Below, piece by piece: positions 47,429 through 59,724 of a stretch of DNA of 64,000 nt. The translations under genes were made by a program, and so were the position numbers. The DNA comes from Macrostomum hystrix (taxonomy: Eukaryota; Animalia; Platyhelminthes). A model generated the notes under the pieces. That model did no database searches and had not been told where the DNA came from. It was given only the letters and a program-made list of their open reading frames with translations. The stretch covers positions 1,674,001 to 1,738,000 of the forward strand of contig CATNEN010000010.1 of assembly GCA_950097015.1 (NCBI GenBank), in the 5' to 3' direction. The first letter of the stretch is position 1. Every line of letters begins with the position of its first letter.

Positions 47429-47713
47429 AGTTAAAAGGTATAATTTTTTACGATGATAGTAGTCCTTAGTGTAATTCATAGCTAAAATTAGTTCGTTCGC
47501 ATTCACAGTCGCTTCATCTTTATCCACGTTATAAAATTTTTGCCTACGAGCGTGATTTTATTGCTAGGCTCGGCAGAAAAACTTTCTAGTTCCTCCTTTA
47601 AGCAAATTTTCGTTGTTTTTGTGTCCTAATATCAAAATATTTTCTCTGGTCTGTGTGGCTAATTTTGCTGTACTGTTGGCCCTTGTCCAACTGTTGCTTC
47701 ATGCATTTCAACT

Positions 47714-47727
47714 GTTGCTATGGTAAC
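47714..47727. promoter_or_regulatory. RFX X-box-like motif GTTGCTATGGTAAC
   Basis: Full match to the X-box consensus GTHNYY-AT-RRNAAC; function untested. Confidence 0.45.
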
Positions 47728-48279
47728 ATTTTAAGAAAATAACTAAACTTTGCAGTGCGACTACAGTTTTGTATGGAATCTGCAGGTTTCATCGCATTGC
47801 TGTTGGCTACCCCATTAACTGTACACTGTGGTGTCAGTCTTCAGATTGTTTGGTTTCTGGCAATTGTCTGCTTTTTCAATCTTAATTTGCCTATTTGTTT
47901 TTGTCTTTCATTGTAATTCCTCTGTGCTTTTCCGTGTACACTGACTTACACTGACTATCATTGAAATAAAAAACATTGTTTCTATCGTCTGTCGTCTGCC
48001 AAAAAGGCATTGTACTGTTTTTATTGAAATTCTCAAATTTACTCCCAAATTTTTACTTATTTTTTATGTACCTTCAGTCTGGGCACAACTATTTCGGTAA
48101 AATCACAACAGTAACGTGTTATTGAAAAAACAATTAGGGAGTAAAGTAAAGAGTAAAGATTATATTCCAAACGATATAAATTGGTGTCTGTACAGGTTTT
48201 AAAAATGCTGATCAGACACCAGAAATATATAATAAAGAAAAGTATTGCATATTGATTCTCGATCAGGGATTTTCGTTTG

Positions 48280-48570
48280 TCTACTCCAATGAGAGTTCTT
48301 CAGTACAATTAGGGCCCAGATTGGTTGACCAATGAGAGTTATTCAGTACAATTAGGGCCCAGATTGGTTGACCAATGAGAGTTATTCAGTACAATTAGGG
48401 CCCAGATTGGTTGACCAATGAGAGTTCTTCAATACAATTAGGGCCCAGATTGGTTGACCAATGAGAGTTCTTCAATACAATTAGGGCCCAGATTGGTTGA
48501 CCAATGAGAGTTCTTCAATACAATTAGGGCCCAGATTGATTGACCAATGAGAGTTCTTCAGTACAATTAG
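48280..48570. repeat. 43-bp minisatellite (CAATGAGAGTTCTTCAGTACAATTAGGGCCCAGATTGGTTGAC)n
   Basis: About 6 tandem copies, each containing ATTGG and CCAAT. Confidence 0.92.
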
Positions 48571-50104
48571 ATCGCGCAGTAGCTCGTTATACACACTGCA
48601 GTGATCAGAATGCATTATTTTGTTCTTGCTCTCATCATGCTCGAAATAAGGAATCGCTTTGGGTTTTCTCGAAGACAAATCATGAATCTGCTAGCAAGGC
48701 TAATCCCATTCAGCGAGTAATTGACTCACTTTTGGACTGACTTTTGACTCACAGATGACTCGTCGACTCACTAAAAAACATCCCCATCGTAATCCAACAT
48801 AAAAAACAGGTAAACGAAGAAAATGAAAACTGAAACTCACCTATGACTCGTTTCCAAACACTTTTATTGGCACTGAATCTAGCCTTAGATTCGGCCCAAG
48901 GCCTTGCGAAGTCGACGCTGCCGTTAATTCATTGATGAATCCCATTGTGAGCACATCCTCGTTGAGATCGGACCAAGAGATGGGGTCGCTGAATTTAAGA
49001 AGTGTAGGAACAGTTTCGACACAGGCAATTAAAGGATCAGCGGTCTGAGAGGTCTGGCATTGAGTGCTTGACCTGGACTGGGTTCCATAAGTTTGTGTAA
49101 CCTGTGAGCTGGGTAATCTCACCTTCCATTCCCCACCCTCCGTGATCCTTGTATGATAGTAGTCCTTAAGTAGGGGTTTTTCCGTTTCTACAGATTCATA
49201 TTCATATCATCAGTTTCTCAGTCCCTGTCATTTCGTTATATAGAAGTAAAAATGTTTTTTCAACATTCAACAAAAAGCTCTTGACCGGCTGCCAACGCTG
49301 CTTTTTCGCCCACCCGCGGCAGACTTTGGTCATCAACTGCTTCAAATCAGCGAAGAAAATAGGCCTTGGAGAAGTTCGAATCGTTATAAGATTTTCTCAA
49401 GCTAAGCTCTGCTCACCAGGCCCTATAGTTCTAAGTTCATTGGCTAACGACCTGCGGTTAGGGTATGTCACAGAATCGCGCCATCAGCCCTTCGACCCCA
49501 GCAGTTAGATCCGCCACGCCAATTCTTCTACAGGCGGACCCATAACAAAATCGAGCAAATCGCGCCTCACGAAATTGGCAACGGCGCCTCGCTCGCTCTG
49601 ATTGAATTGGGGGGAGGGCTGAATCGAGCAAGGAATGAATCGCTGTGGCTCCCAGCATCCCGGATACCTAGGAGCATGCAGTTTGGCAGTAGTGGGGAGA
49701 GGGAGGCACGGAGCACTGCGCCGCGGTTATCTCCAGCCAGACTCGAATGACGATAATGGATTGCTGACTGGGTCGCACTGTGACGCTCATTTCGAGGCCA
49801 GTTCACTGTCTTCTCCCTCTTTCTGGCTATTCTCTGCCCTCCGAGTTCAAGACGCCCGTGTGCCCCTTATCATTGAGGTCGGCGTGGATAAGACAGGCCG
49901 CATCTAATCCCGGCTCTGGGTTTCATCTCTCGACTCCACTTTTTTGCATTCTTCTCTTTACATAGCTAAAAACTAGAGCCATAAAATTTTTAAAAGTTCC
50001 TGTCGCGTTTGCTGCTCTCGGAAGGTTTTTGAAGGCCTGCCTCACACAAAATCAAACATCAAGACCTCGCCTGATTGCGTAATTAGGAGCAGCCCACGAA
50101 TTTC

Positions 50105-52758
50105 ATGTACACCGCGGCTGGCAACTCCTGTAACTCGAGACCAGTGCTCGGTATCGTCAACTCATTGTCCATCGACTCCACTAGCCCACCGGCGCAACAA
50201 AGGCAGCGTCATCAGCGTGAGCATCGCCGCCTGACGCTCTGGAGTCGACGACAGCGCTGGCAACCACAGGACGGCTTCGGGCGAAGCATCCTTCCGGTTT
50301 ATCGCGGCGGCATCGGAATTGGTGGAGGAGGCAGTGGTGGGAGCGGCGGCGGCCGTCTCGCTCGCCTGACAAAATCGCAAAGGCGCCAACAGTTGCAGCG
50401 TCTGCGGCGAAAGCGGCGCGCTCGCGAGGCTCTCAACTGCTGTAAGCGCTTCCTGGCCTTCGCTTTCTCCAACCTCGGCCTGTTCGGAGTGATCCTGGCC
50501 TACACGGTGCTGGGCGGAATGGTCTTCCGCCGCCTAGAGCTTCCCCAGGAGGAGGCTACACGCGAAGAGGTCCGACGTAGGTTTAAACGCGCCGTCGACA
50601 ATGTCAGCGCTGAAGTGGCCGAAGCCATCGCCGAGCGGGCCTGCTTCAATGAAACCTGTCGCAGGCTGATCGCCAACGCAACTGTGTCGGCTGGCCTCAG
50701 GAGCGCTCTTGCCGCAAGGCTAGCCGAGTTCAGCCGCGACCTGGTTGTCTACGTGAATGTGCACGGCTGGAATGGCCGACTGGACGACGAATGGAACTGG
50801 AGCTTCTCCGGTGCGCTGCTGTATGTTGTCACCGTCATCACCACCATTGGTAAGCTCTTGTATTGGTAAGCACGGATGGCTCTTGTATCCAAATGTTATG
50901 CAAGCGTACATTGTCATAGCCTGCAACATTTAGATTGTGCCATCACCAACATGCGTGCTTATAATTACTCAAGCAATATTTCATCTTTTAAACACCTGGG
51001 CTCCATTCTCCACAGGCTATGGCCAAGTCGTACCAAAGACCTCTACTGGCTACCTCCTCACCATGCTCTATGCTTTTTTCGGCATACCATTGGTCTTCCT
51101 GTACCTCAATAGCGTCGGCGATTATCTAGCTGACGGCTTCCGTCTGCTCTACCGTGACCTACTGCGGCCCGCTTGGCGGCGCGTCTTTCGCCGACGGACT
51201 CGACGTCGTGCCCACGCATGTCTCGCCGCTTGTCGTCGTTGGGTTACAGCGCCTATTCGACTGGCGTGGAAGGCGACAGCTGAAACACTGGCCGCCGCAT
51301 GCCGATCTGCAGCCGATGATGACGAAGACGATGAGGCTGCAGTGGCGGCGACGGTGTCTAACCCGACAATGGCGGTAGCTGAACTGACTCCTGCATTAAC
51401 TGAAGCAACATCATCAGAGCGTAGACCATTGCTCAGCTGGTCAGAGCAGCCGCCTCCACCTCCTCCACCTTGGTCGCTTCCGCCACAACAGCAGCCCACC
51501 GCGGTGGCCCAAATTCCATCTCCAGTCAGTGCCGCGTCAATCAGGGTCGCCTACGTTGTCGCTCGGATTCTGCCAGCGCGACCAGCCCCGCTGCAACTAC
51601 CCGGAGTAGATTCGCTGCTGGCCGCTGACAAAGCGGCTTCTGCCGCCGCCGCCGCCGCCTCCTCAACGGCAGCCGGCGATGGTGACTGGAACGCGGACGT
51701 CCAAACACCCATCTCGCAACGGCCAATTCGGGAGTGGACCAGTGACGAGCTGCGCACGGTGCCCGTTGTTGGATGGGCAGATATCGACAGGGAGCTGCAG
51801 CAGACCTCCGCTAAGGCCACCGTGGCCGCTGCTACGGCAGCGGCGGCGACTGCAGCTTCTCGATCTGGTAGTCGGCGAAGACAGCTTCGGCGCGTTCAAT
51901 CTGAACAGACAACACGGCCAAGAACCACTCTGGAGGTTGCCTTAACTGGCCCTGTCACTGTGCCTAAAAGGAAATCACCGCTTCGCTCTGAACCACCGGC
52001 TCGCCGCGGTCGTGGGTTCCGTCGACTCTCCGACTGGTCATCGTCAGATTCTGACGGTTCGTCGTTCTCAAATGAATTTGAATTTGAACTTGGCACACTG
52101 GCGAACGCCGAATCGAATCCGATGCTGCGTCGCTGCAGCTACATCAGCGTGCACGAGAGCTCCTCTAGCAGCCTCTCCAGCTACCTGGCGACTCCGTCAC
52201 AGCGTCCGGACGAAGACGAGGATGACAAAGACTCGATGCAGGGACTGGCACTGCGGCAGGTCACGGTGCCTCTTTTTCTCTCCTTGTCCGTCATGGTGCT
52301 CTATATCATATTCGGGGCGCTGATTTTTACCATCTGGGAGGACAAGGACTACGTCAAATGGTCCTACTTCTGCTTCGTGACGCTCAGCACTATTGGCTTT
52401 GGGGACATTGTGCCAGGTAAGAATGCTACATCAGTAGGACAGATTTAAAATTCGGTTACAAACGCGAGCATGTTTCTAAATTTCCTAAACTGTCACTACA
52501 GGAACCAAAGTGGACAGCGAGAACCCCAAGGAGAAGCTGGTGGCCACAGTCTGCTACGTGGCCATTGGCCTGTCCGTGTTCGCCATGTGCTTCAAGCTGA
52601 TGCAGGAGGAGGTCATCCAGAAGGTGCGCCGACTCAAGAGACGCCTGGCGGCTATTCGCGACCGACTGGCCGACGGTCGAAACGGTGGCAACGGCGAAGA
52701 CGAGGACCCGAACTGGACAGGGGGTTTGAGACCGAGATCTGGGGCTACTGTGCTGTGA
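50105..52758 (+). CDS. Two-pore-domain K+ channel (TWiK/TWK-like), 3 exons, about 800 aa
   Basis: P1 WSFSGALLYVVTVITTIGYG and P2 SYFCFVTLSTIGFGDIVP; four TM segments; long M2-M3 loop. Exons 50105-50849, 51016-52416, 52502-52758 sum to 2403 nt. Start codon uncertain. Confidence 0.9.
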
Positions 52759-54705
52759 CACGTTTAAACTGAATATTTCGAACTTGTTTGAAATATCTGC
52801 ATTTGTCTAGCAATTTAGGTCTATATGTACTGGTATGTATTCAATGTATGGTTTGTGCCATAGACAATATAATGAGTAAGAACCACAGATACTATATTTA
52901 GTTTAATAGTGGCCCATCTAGTGAATCACAGAAAATCATTTTCCTGTGTAGTAAATATTGCGGTAAGAATCATATTTTACTCAAGGCGTTCTAAAGATAG
53001 CATCTTTAGATAGAACTCCTTGATTATTCTACAGTCGTTAAGAACTGGGATGGTGATAATTGCACGTTAGCTTAACCCATAAACATTGTGTAAAAATAGA
53101 CTGTACCCAAGAATGTTTTATACTAACATCATCCTTGACTGTTCGCCAAGTCGTGTGAAGTTGTGACATGTGAAACCTTTGATCCCTGTTAGACTAACAA
53201 TGCCGCGGTGTGCTATCTACTGTAGATCAGTGGAATCTCTGATCACGCCAAGAAGGCACTGATTTTCTGGGCAAGCAGCAAGCATATTAATGATCGTTCC
53301 GTGCGTTTTGATTATTACAGAGGGTTTAAGAGCGATTGCCTGGGGTTGGGGAAGTCCCTTTCAGTAGTCCTTACACTGAGACAATTTTAAATGATTCTGT
53401 TCCACTGTAAGCTTGAGAGCATCTATCCGATCTTTCCAGTGATTACTTTGCAAGCCAAGTGAGCACCCTTGGGTGAGACAGTGTGTGAGTAGCAAGTGGA
53501 GATCATATGGGCTCACATGACCAATTACGTTTCTTTCTTCCTTGACTGAAAACTGGGTTTAAAAGCAAGCGCTGATTTGTTTCTATACTTTTTTCTTATA
53601 TTATAAGAAATACTTATAACCACAGACCAAGAAATACAAGAAATTTTTTCTTAGTCATGCACTTACTCATTGTTTACACTTTGTGGACCCAACGCTTCGC
53701 AAATCTTCGTCTATTTCTGCCATAGAATATGATGCTATTACGAGCTAGCATTAAAAAACAAAGTCAGCAGTGACAGGCAAAAGCAACAATACACCGGTCA
53801 GGTGCAAACGATTAGCGACTTCTGCTTGTGTTGGATGGTTTGCGACCTGGTGGGAGGTGGAAAGCATGCCAGTTGGTCATGGTAATACATAGCTGAGGCA
53901 ACCTGTAGTGGATCGTGAGCATTGTAGCGGCGCTAGGCCATGAAAGTGGTCCGCTGGTACTTGGTCCGTTGGTCCGTTGCTGCGCGTACCAAACGACCAC
54001 ACTTGGCAGATGTTGTGCGTACATGAACGCGGTAGATGTGGCTGGCCGATGGTGACAGTCTAGGCAATGATCCCGCGCACTGACAGGCACAGACGACGGC
54101 CAGGGCCAATATGCACTGCTGTCAATCGCTCATAGTGATCGCGTAACTAGCAATAGAAAGCACCAACTTGCCAAATTTGTCCCACCTTCGGCTCAGATAA
54201 GCCTGACAGGATAAAATTCAGTTGATGAATAACTTGTAACACATTTAGGCTTTCAAGCTCAAATATCTTGTATAGTAATGCCTCGTTGGTTTTACTAAGG
54301 AATTAGGAATCCTGTTAATACTTCTATAAACAGATGATATAGTTTAGTGATTTAGTTTAGTAAGGTTTTAATTAAAAAACTCGGCAGTTTTCACGGATCT
54401 TTGGAGTCTCTAAAAGTCTACGAAAGGACGGGTCCAATTTCACAGGCGTGTGAATTTTTTTTGCTTTTAGACCTGGGTGAGAACTATAGGTGAAAAGGTG
54501 CGAGATCATGCTAAAAATTGCCTTGGCCTTCCGTACAGTGAGATACATGAGAACCGCGCCTACAACTTTGCTGAGCTGATCTGCCTACAGACGCTCGCGT
54601 TCAGAACTAGACTGCGACTTCCCGCATCATCTGCGGGCAGCCAGTGACGCCCGCTCTTCGGCCACACTGTCAGTACTCATAGAAGCGCATTCAGTTTTTT
54701 GAAAT

Positions 54706-55383
54706 ATGCGTGATGAACTAAGTGAGACCTGGTCCCCTCTGTTTTGTGCAGCCCAGAACGGACATGAAGACAGCATAGTCAGGCCGCTGATTAAGAAGAA
54801 TTGCAACGTTAATCGCATCAGTAAAACAGGATGGACAGCTCTTCTTTCGGCTATTGTTCAGAACCACGCTAACATTGCCAAACTGCTGATTGATGCTGGA
54901 GCACACGAAAACATCAAGGACAAAGAAGGAACCTGCCCACTTGCCTGTTGCATTGTAGCAGGGAGTCAGGAAACTTTCAATTACCTACTGGACGTGCAAA
55001 AGGCCGTCTACAATGCGATAGATCACAATGGCTATAAAGTATTTATTAGAAAACTTTGATCTCAACATTGACAATAAAAATTTGATTGGAAGCACGGCCC
55101 CTTCACTGGGCAGCTATGGCTGAAGAGAAGACTGTTCTCGACTTGTTGCTAGATAAGAGTCCAAGCATTGATGTTGAAGATAAAGACGGTGCAACGCCCT
55201 TAGTGCTAGCCGTGCAGACAGACTCTCTGGAATGCACCAATATTCTTCTCGAGTAAGGCGCTTCGGCAACTAAAGAGAACATTGGAGAGAGCGCATTGAC
55301 ACTTATGCAGCACAGCAACAGACTCGACGCGGAAGCTCGGAGAGGATTTAAGGCAACAGCTTGGAGTGGAAGAACAAAGCGGG
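54706..55383 (+). pseudogene. Ankyrin-repeat pseudogene
   Basis: Repeats SPLFCAAQNGH, TALLSAIVQNH, PLACCIVAGS, LHWAAM, TPLVLAVQ. Frame breaks near 55037 and 55098, and an in-frame TAA at 55254-55256 within LLE*GA. Confidence 0.72.
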
Positions 55384-55888
55384 TAAGAAATGTTGTAATA
55401 TAATTTTTTAAGTAGCATTTTTTAATTTTAGCAAAACATCCTCTCAACATTCCAAACTGTATCAACAGATTTTCGGGCACCGTCGCCGACACCGGACGAA
55501 TAAAAGCCTTCACTGCTATGACCACTTTCCTGACGAACAACCAGAACAACAGCAAGATGCAGATGCAGAGGAGATACAGAAAATTACATTCCAATACTAG
55601 AGTTAACACCAAGATCGAAAACTCCGGAGACAAAGGAATTCCCTTCTAGCGGCGATGACGTTCAGACACCACTAGGGTAGGTATTTTAGCTATTAAATTA
55701 TTTTAGGTTATTGTTTTTACCTCATCATCTACGCCTTAACTACGCTTTAAACTATGAATTTAGAAATAATGTATAAACTGTTCAAGCTACATGAACATAA
55801 TTTCATACAGACAGTGGTGGGTCCAATGAGCAATTTCTCTGTACAGGCGCTAGCTGGGAATACGAGTATAGCCAGCCTGTGGGAGTCG

Positions 55889-56668
55889 TTAAATGAGCAG
55901 GGCCAGGTTGAGCACTATGAGCAGGCAGGGCAAAAACAGCCGTCCAGCGGCTATCAGACCGCCAAGAAGTAGCCGCAAGCTCCGCCGGCAGGCAAATTCA
56001 TCAGCCGTCGCCGCCCCGTCACCGGCTGCGGCTGGACACGGCCGCGTGTCCACGCAGTCGTGGAAGACGCCGAACCAGCCGGCCAGCTGAAGGAGTCGAC
56101 TCGCCAGTCGGGCAACCGCCAGTGCCATCGCCGTGACAGCCGACGCTCTCAGAATCGGGGACGCGACCGCCACTATCGTCACCAGCTTCAGGCTAGCAAG
56201 AGGAACCTCTAGCACTGCAGCCATCGGCGCGGCGACATTAAGAAGATGCTGTTCGGCAACACGGCGGCTGCCTCCAGCGCGCAAGCCTAGGCCGATGGCT
56301 GCGGTGGCTTCAGCGATTGCAGCTACGCAGGACAGGCCGGCGAGAATTGAGTAGGCCACCCAGACTGGTCTGTCTTGATCTTTTGCCACCACCGTCGGCG
56401 CAAGTGCTGCATGCAGCGCCGCGGTCAGCGCAGTCAGTGCTAGCTGGCTCGTGAGCAGTGTCCAACCAACGCGACGCCGGTTGAGCAGCTTGAGCAGCCG
56501 CGCTCGCAAATAAATCTTGCGGCTTTCAGCGCCTGGCACATCGACGCTTTCGGGATCTCCCGACTGGCCCCCGACTCCGCCGCCGGGATCTGGCAAGCGA
56601 TGGCCGTCGCATATGACGCTGACGCAGAGCACCTGTGGGTACTTGTCGGCGCCGTCTACCCTCAGCAT
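55889..56668 (-). CDS. Uncharacterised multi-pass membrane protein, intronless, about 259 aa
   Basis: Long GC-rich ORF with 4-5 hydrophobic segments; likely ATG at 56668, 10 nt after an acceptor-like CTCCAG. No family recognised. Confidence 0.62.
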   Translation of the reverse strand: MLRVDGADKYPQVLCVSVICDGHRLPDPGGGVGGQSGDPESVDVPGAESRKIYLRARLLKLLNRRRVGWTLLTSQLALTALTAALHAALAPTVVAKDQDRPVWVAYSILAGLSCVAAIAEATAAIGLGLRAGGSRRVAEQHLLNVAAPMAAVLEVPLASLKLVTIVAVASPILRASAVTAMALAVARLASRLLQLAGWFGVFHDCVDTRPCPAAAGDGAATADEFACRRSLRLLLGGLIAAGRLFLPCLLIVLNLALLI

Positions 56669-57597
56669 TTTTCTGAGTCTGGAGCAATGGATCAGCTGAA
56701 TAGAATCATTTCGATTTTGGCAACACTGCCTGAGCCAAGATGTCCTCTCCGCATAGTATGCAAACACGTTGATTTCTTATATTTCATGGCCTAACTCTCA
56801 TTAATTATTTAGCGACTGCGACCATCACTTCCTAGTTCCCACGGGGTTTTATGTCGCATTTCTCGCTTCAGCAGCTTTAATTATGCAGAATGCAGCTGCG
56901 GATGAGCTGGTCTGTTGGCTAGCTGATCATGCTAGTTTCTTCAGGTATGCAAAGCTTAATGCTTTATTGACTATGAGAAGTGCCTCGTAACTATCTGGCG
57001 CAACTTGGTCGAAATATAGTCGATTATACAGGTTTAAATTCTACACGAATAACTATTCAATGGGTTCTGAATATCTTCACTGCATGCACAGTACTACTTT
57101 GAGAAGTAGCAATTATGCAAAATATTTTTATTTGGGACACAGAAGCAGAAAGGTAGAGACGTCACTAAAAACATCACCCGACAAGCCATCTCGCTTCTCA
57201 CATTCATTTTAGAGAGCATTCAAAGAAAAATGCTCACTTTTCGGTTCGGCTCGCAGACTTCTCTCTAAAGATCGCACCCGAGCTGTTAGAACAGCGCCAA
57301 GCAGTCTCACAAAGTGCAATTTTCTCTTGAAAGAAAAGAGGTCCTAATTGTACGCGAGTAGGCAAGGCTAGGACGGGTTTCGCGACTCCGTGGCTCCAGT
57401 AACGGACAGCGAAGAGTGTACACCGATTTTTTTTCTATTGTCTTTCCTTTATCTCAGTCTTCTGTCTCTCTCGCGTCAAGCAGTCAGCCGAGCGAAAGGC
57501 CTTAAATAGGGTGGATGCTGAGAGCAAAACTTTTCAGCGGTATAGCTATTCGACTACGGAGCGGAATTAGAACAAGCGGCTCATAGACGCAGTTGCA

Positions 57598-59134
57598 ATG
57601 GTGCAAATTTCAAAGAAAGTCGTGTTTTTGCTTCTTGCTGATCATTTGGCCTCTGCATTCTTCGATTCACTCTTGCTGCCGCAGGACCTGGCCGACACGC
57701 TGTCGGGTCACGTTTCCTCAGTGCTGGTTATGGCTCTGTTCGCTATCCTCATAGCCAGGATGTACTTTTTCAACAGCATCGACTGCTTTGTGCCGGCTGA
57801 GTGGCCCGACCCGTGGGAGCAGGCAACCGAGGCCTACTGCTACATGGAGGGAGCCTACGCGGTGCCCGAAGCAAATCTCAACAAGACCGGGCCGGCGGCC
57901 TGGGAGGTCAAGGTGCCGCAGAGTGAGTGGCCAGGGCGGATGGGACAAGTGCTTATAATTAGACAAATCCTCAGCTGAATTTTGCTGATTTGACACATAA
58001 AGCAAAACGACTAAGAAACAAATACTTATAAAACAACTTACAGCATACTACTTCTGGCTGCCAATAATCCTAATTGTGCTGGCCTTTCTTCTAATCTTTC
58101 CCGACATTCTGTGGACTCTGTACTGCGATAACACTTTGGGACAGCCACGCCAGACGCTGCAGGCGGCCGCCAAGCTCACCAAACCTATGGACTGCGGGTA
58201 CGAAAGCCATGAAGAAGGCTCGGCGTCATCGTTTGAGTCGGAGTCCGGCTGCTCCGATTCCGAGAGTAATGAAGAGACCAAAAGAAAGAAGAAACGAAAG
58301 TACAGGCAAGAGAACGAAATCGACGAGCTACAGAAGCACCTGGGCGCCCACCTCATGAGTGGCGGCAACAGCGGGGCAGAGGCGATTCCCCAAGCCAGTC
58401 TGAGCGGCTCCCAACTGTTTTTCGCTTACCTGATTAGCAAGGGTTTTCGGTTGCTCGTCACGCTGGGCTCGCTGTTCTTCCTGCAACACAGCTTCGGCCT
58501 GAGCACGCCGCTGTTTGGCATCGAGGGCCTGACGCGGAAATCAGGCGATTCGAGTGGCGGCGTCGATACGCCCGGCTTCCCGAAGTTGACATTCTGTGAT
58601 GTGGCGCTTCGCCAGCTGGGCCAGTGGAATGTCCGCACAGTGCAGTGCGTGATGCCAATCAACCTGCTGATGGACAAGGTCGCCCTCTTCCTCTGGTTCT
58701 GGCTGGTCACCTGCAGTCTGATTCTCGCCTACTCAACTATCCAATGGATAGTTCAGGTCGGACTGAAGACTCGCCGGCGGCGCTACGTCAAGACCTTCGC
58801 TCGCGTGATGCTGGGCCACTTGGAGAGTAGACGGCGTCGGAGATTTCAACGGCTTCGGCTCATGCGGTGGCGAGGGCCAGGTGCAAGAAGTCATAATAGA
58901 GAGGCAGAGACGCAGAACGGTGCGGTGGAGCAGTGGCGACGGCGGCAGAAAGAGGACCTGCTAGTCGAAGAGCTGGCCGCCACTGACAGGGTGTTCCTGC
59001 TACGCCTAATCCAGGACCGGCTTGGCATGGCCGCTGCCTACGTTGCCATGGAGGCCATGACGGGTCATTTTGAGCGAAGAGTGGCAAAGATTGGCACCGA
59101 CAATAGGCAATTCTCCGATCCGGAGTTGGTCTGA
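57598..59134 (+). CDS. Innexin (divergent), 2 exons, 471 aa
   Basis: Extracellular Cys pairs IDCF..AYCY and FCDV..QCVMPIN; TYYFWLP at the YYQW(V)P position; KVALFLWFW. Exons 57598-57922 and 58044-59134 joined by a phase-1 GT-AG intron. Confidence 0.9.
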
Positions 59135-59224
59135 CTTAGCTTATATTCACCAATTATGCAGCTTTTGATCGCAAATATTGCAATGGAGCTTCTGAAATCT
59201 GCTACTACTAGTAGTATTTTGTTC

Positions 59225-59724
59225 GGTACCTGGACACTTCGTCATCTTACAATTTCGTCATCCAGATGACGATCTGTCCAATATCTCAGAGGGTGGATGA
59301 CGAAGTGACTTAGACTTGTGGACACTTCGTCATCTATAAAACAAAAGTTTTTCAAGTTAGAACAGAACCACCCCTCCCACATCTTGTTGGCACCTATCTT
59401 TCAATGAAATCAGTTTTGACAATTTAGTGTGAAGCGTATTCACACCTCTGCCCACCACCACCCCACCCTCACTTTATTCCAAACGAAGCAAGCACAAAAG
59501 CACCTCTATATCCATATCCCACCCTTAAAGTTTCCACGTCTGTGTCAAGTTGTACATGTACGCAGAATTTTAGCATTTGTTAATTGAGTCTACAAACTAC
59601 AATGCTTGTTATTAGTAGATGACGAACTGACCAAACTTTAAAGCATGCCAATTGGCTGGATGACGAAGTGTCCTACCTTCAAAGTGGATGACGAAGTTGT
59701 AAGATGACGAAGTGTCTAGGATCC
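59225..59724. mobile_element. Mutator-like MITE, short copy (500 bp)
   Basis: Same termini as 22289-23396; 8-bp TSD TTTTGTTC on both sides. Confidence 0.82.

Noticed and set aside
46765-47456. Long periodic ORFs (also 7330, 12271, 14005, 15119, 18554, 26480, 35299)
   Set aside because: They are translations of minisatellites whose units lack stops in some frames; several lie in introns of real genes.
48841-49122. 93-aa minus-strand ORF with nearby splice-like sites
   Set aside because: No ATG start, no recognisable motif, and no partner exons found.
53812-54120. GC-elevated patch with a faint resemblance to a LINE RT C-terminus (RTKYQRTTF)
   Set aside because: Too short and degenerate, and interrupted by stops; cannot be supported without a search.
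55103-55633. 176-aa minus-strand ORF
   Set aside because: Antisense to the ankyrin pseudogene, no ATG, no coherent domain.
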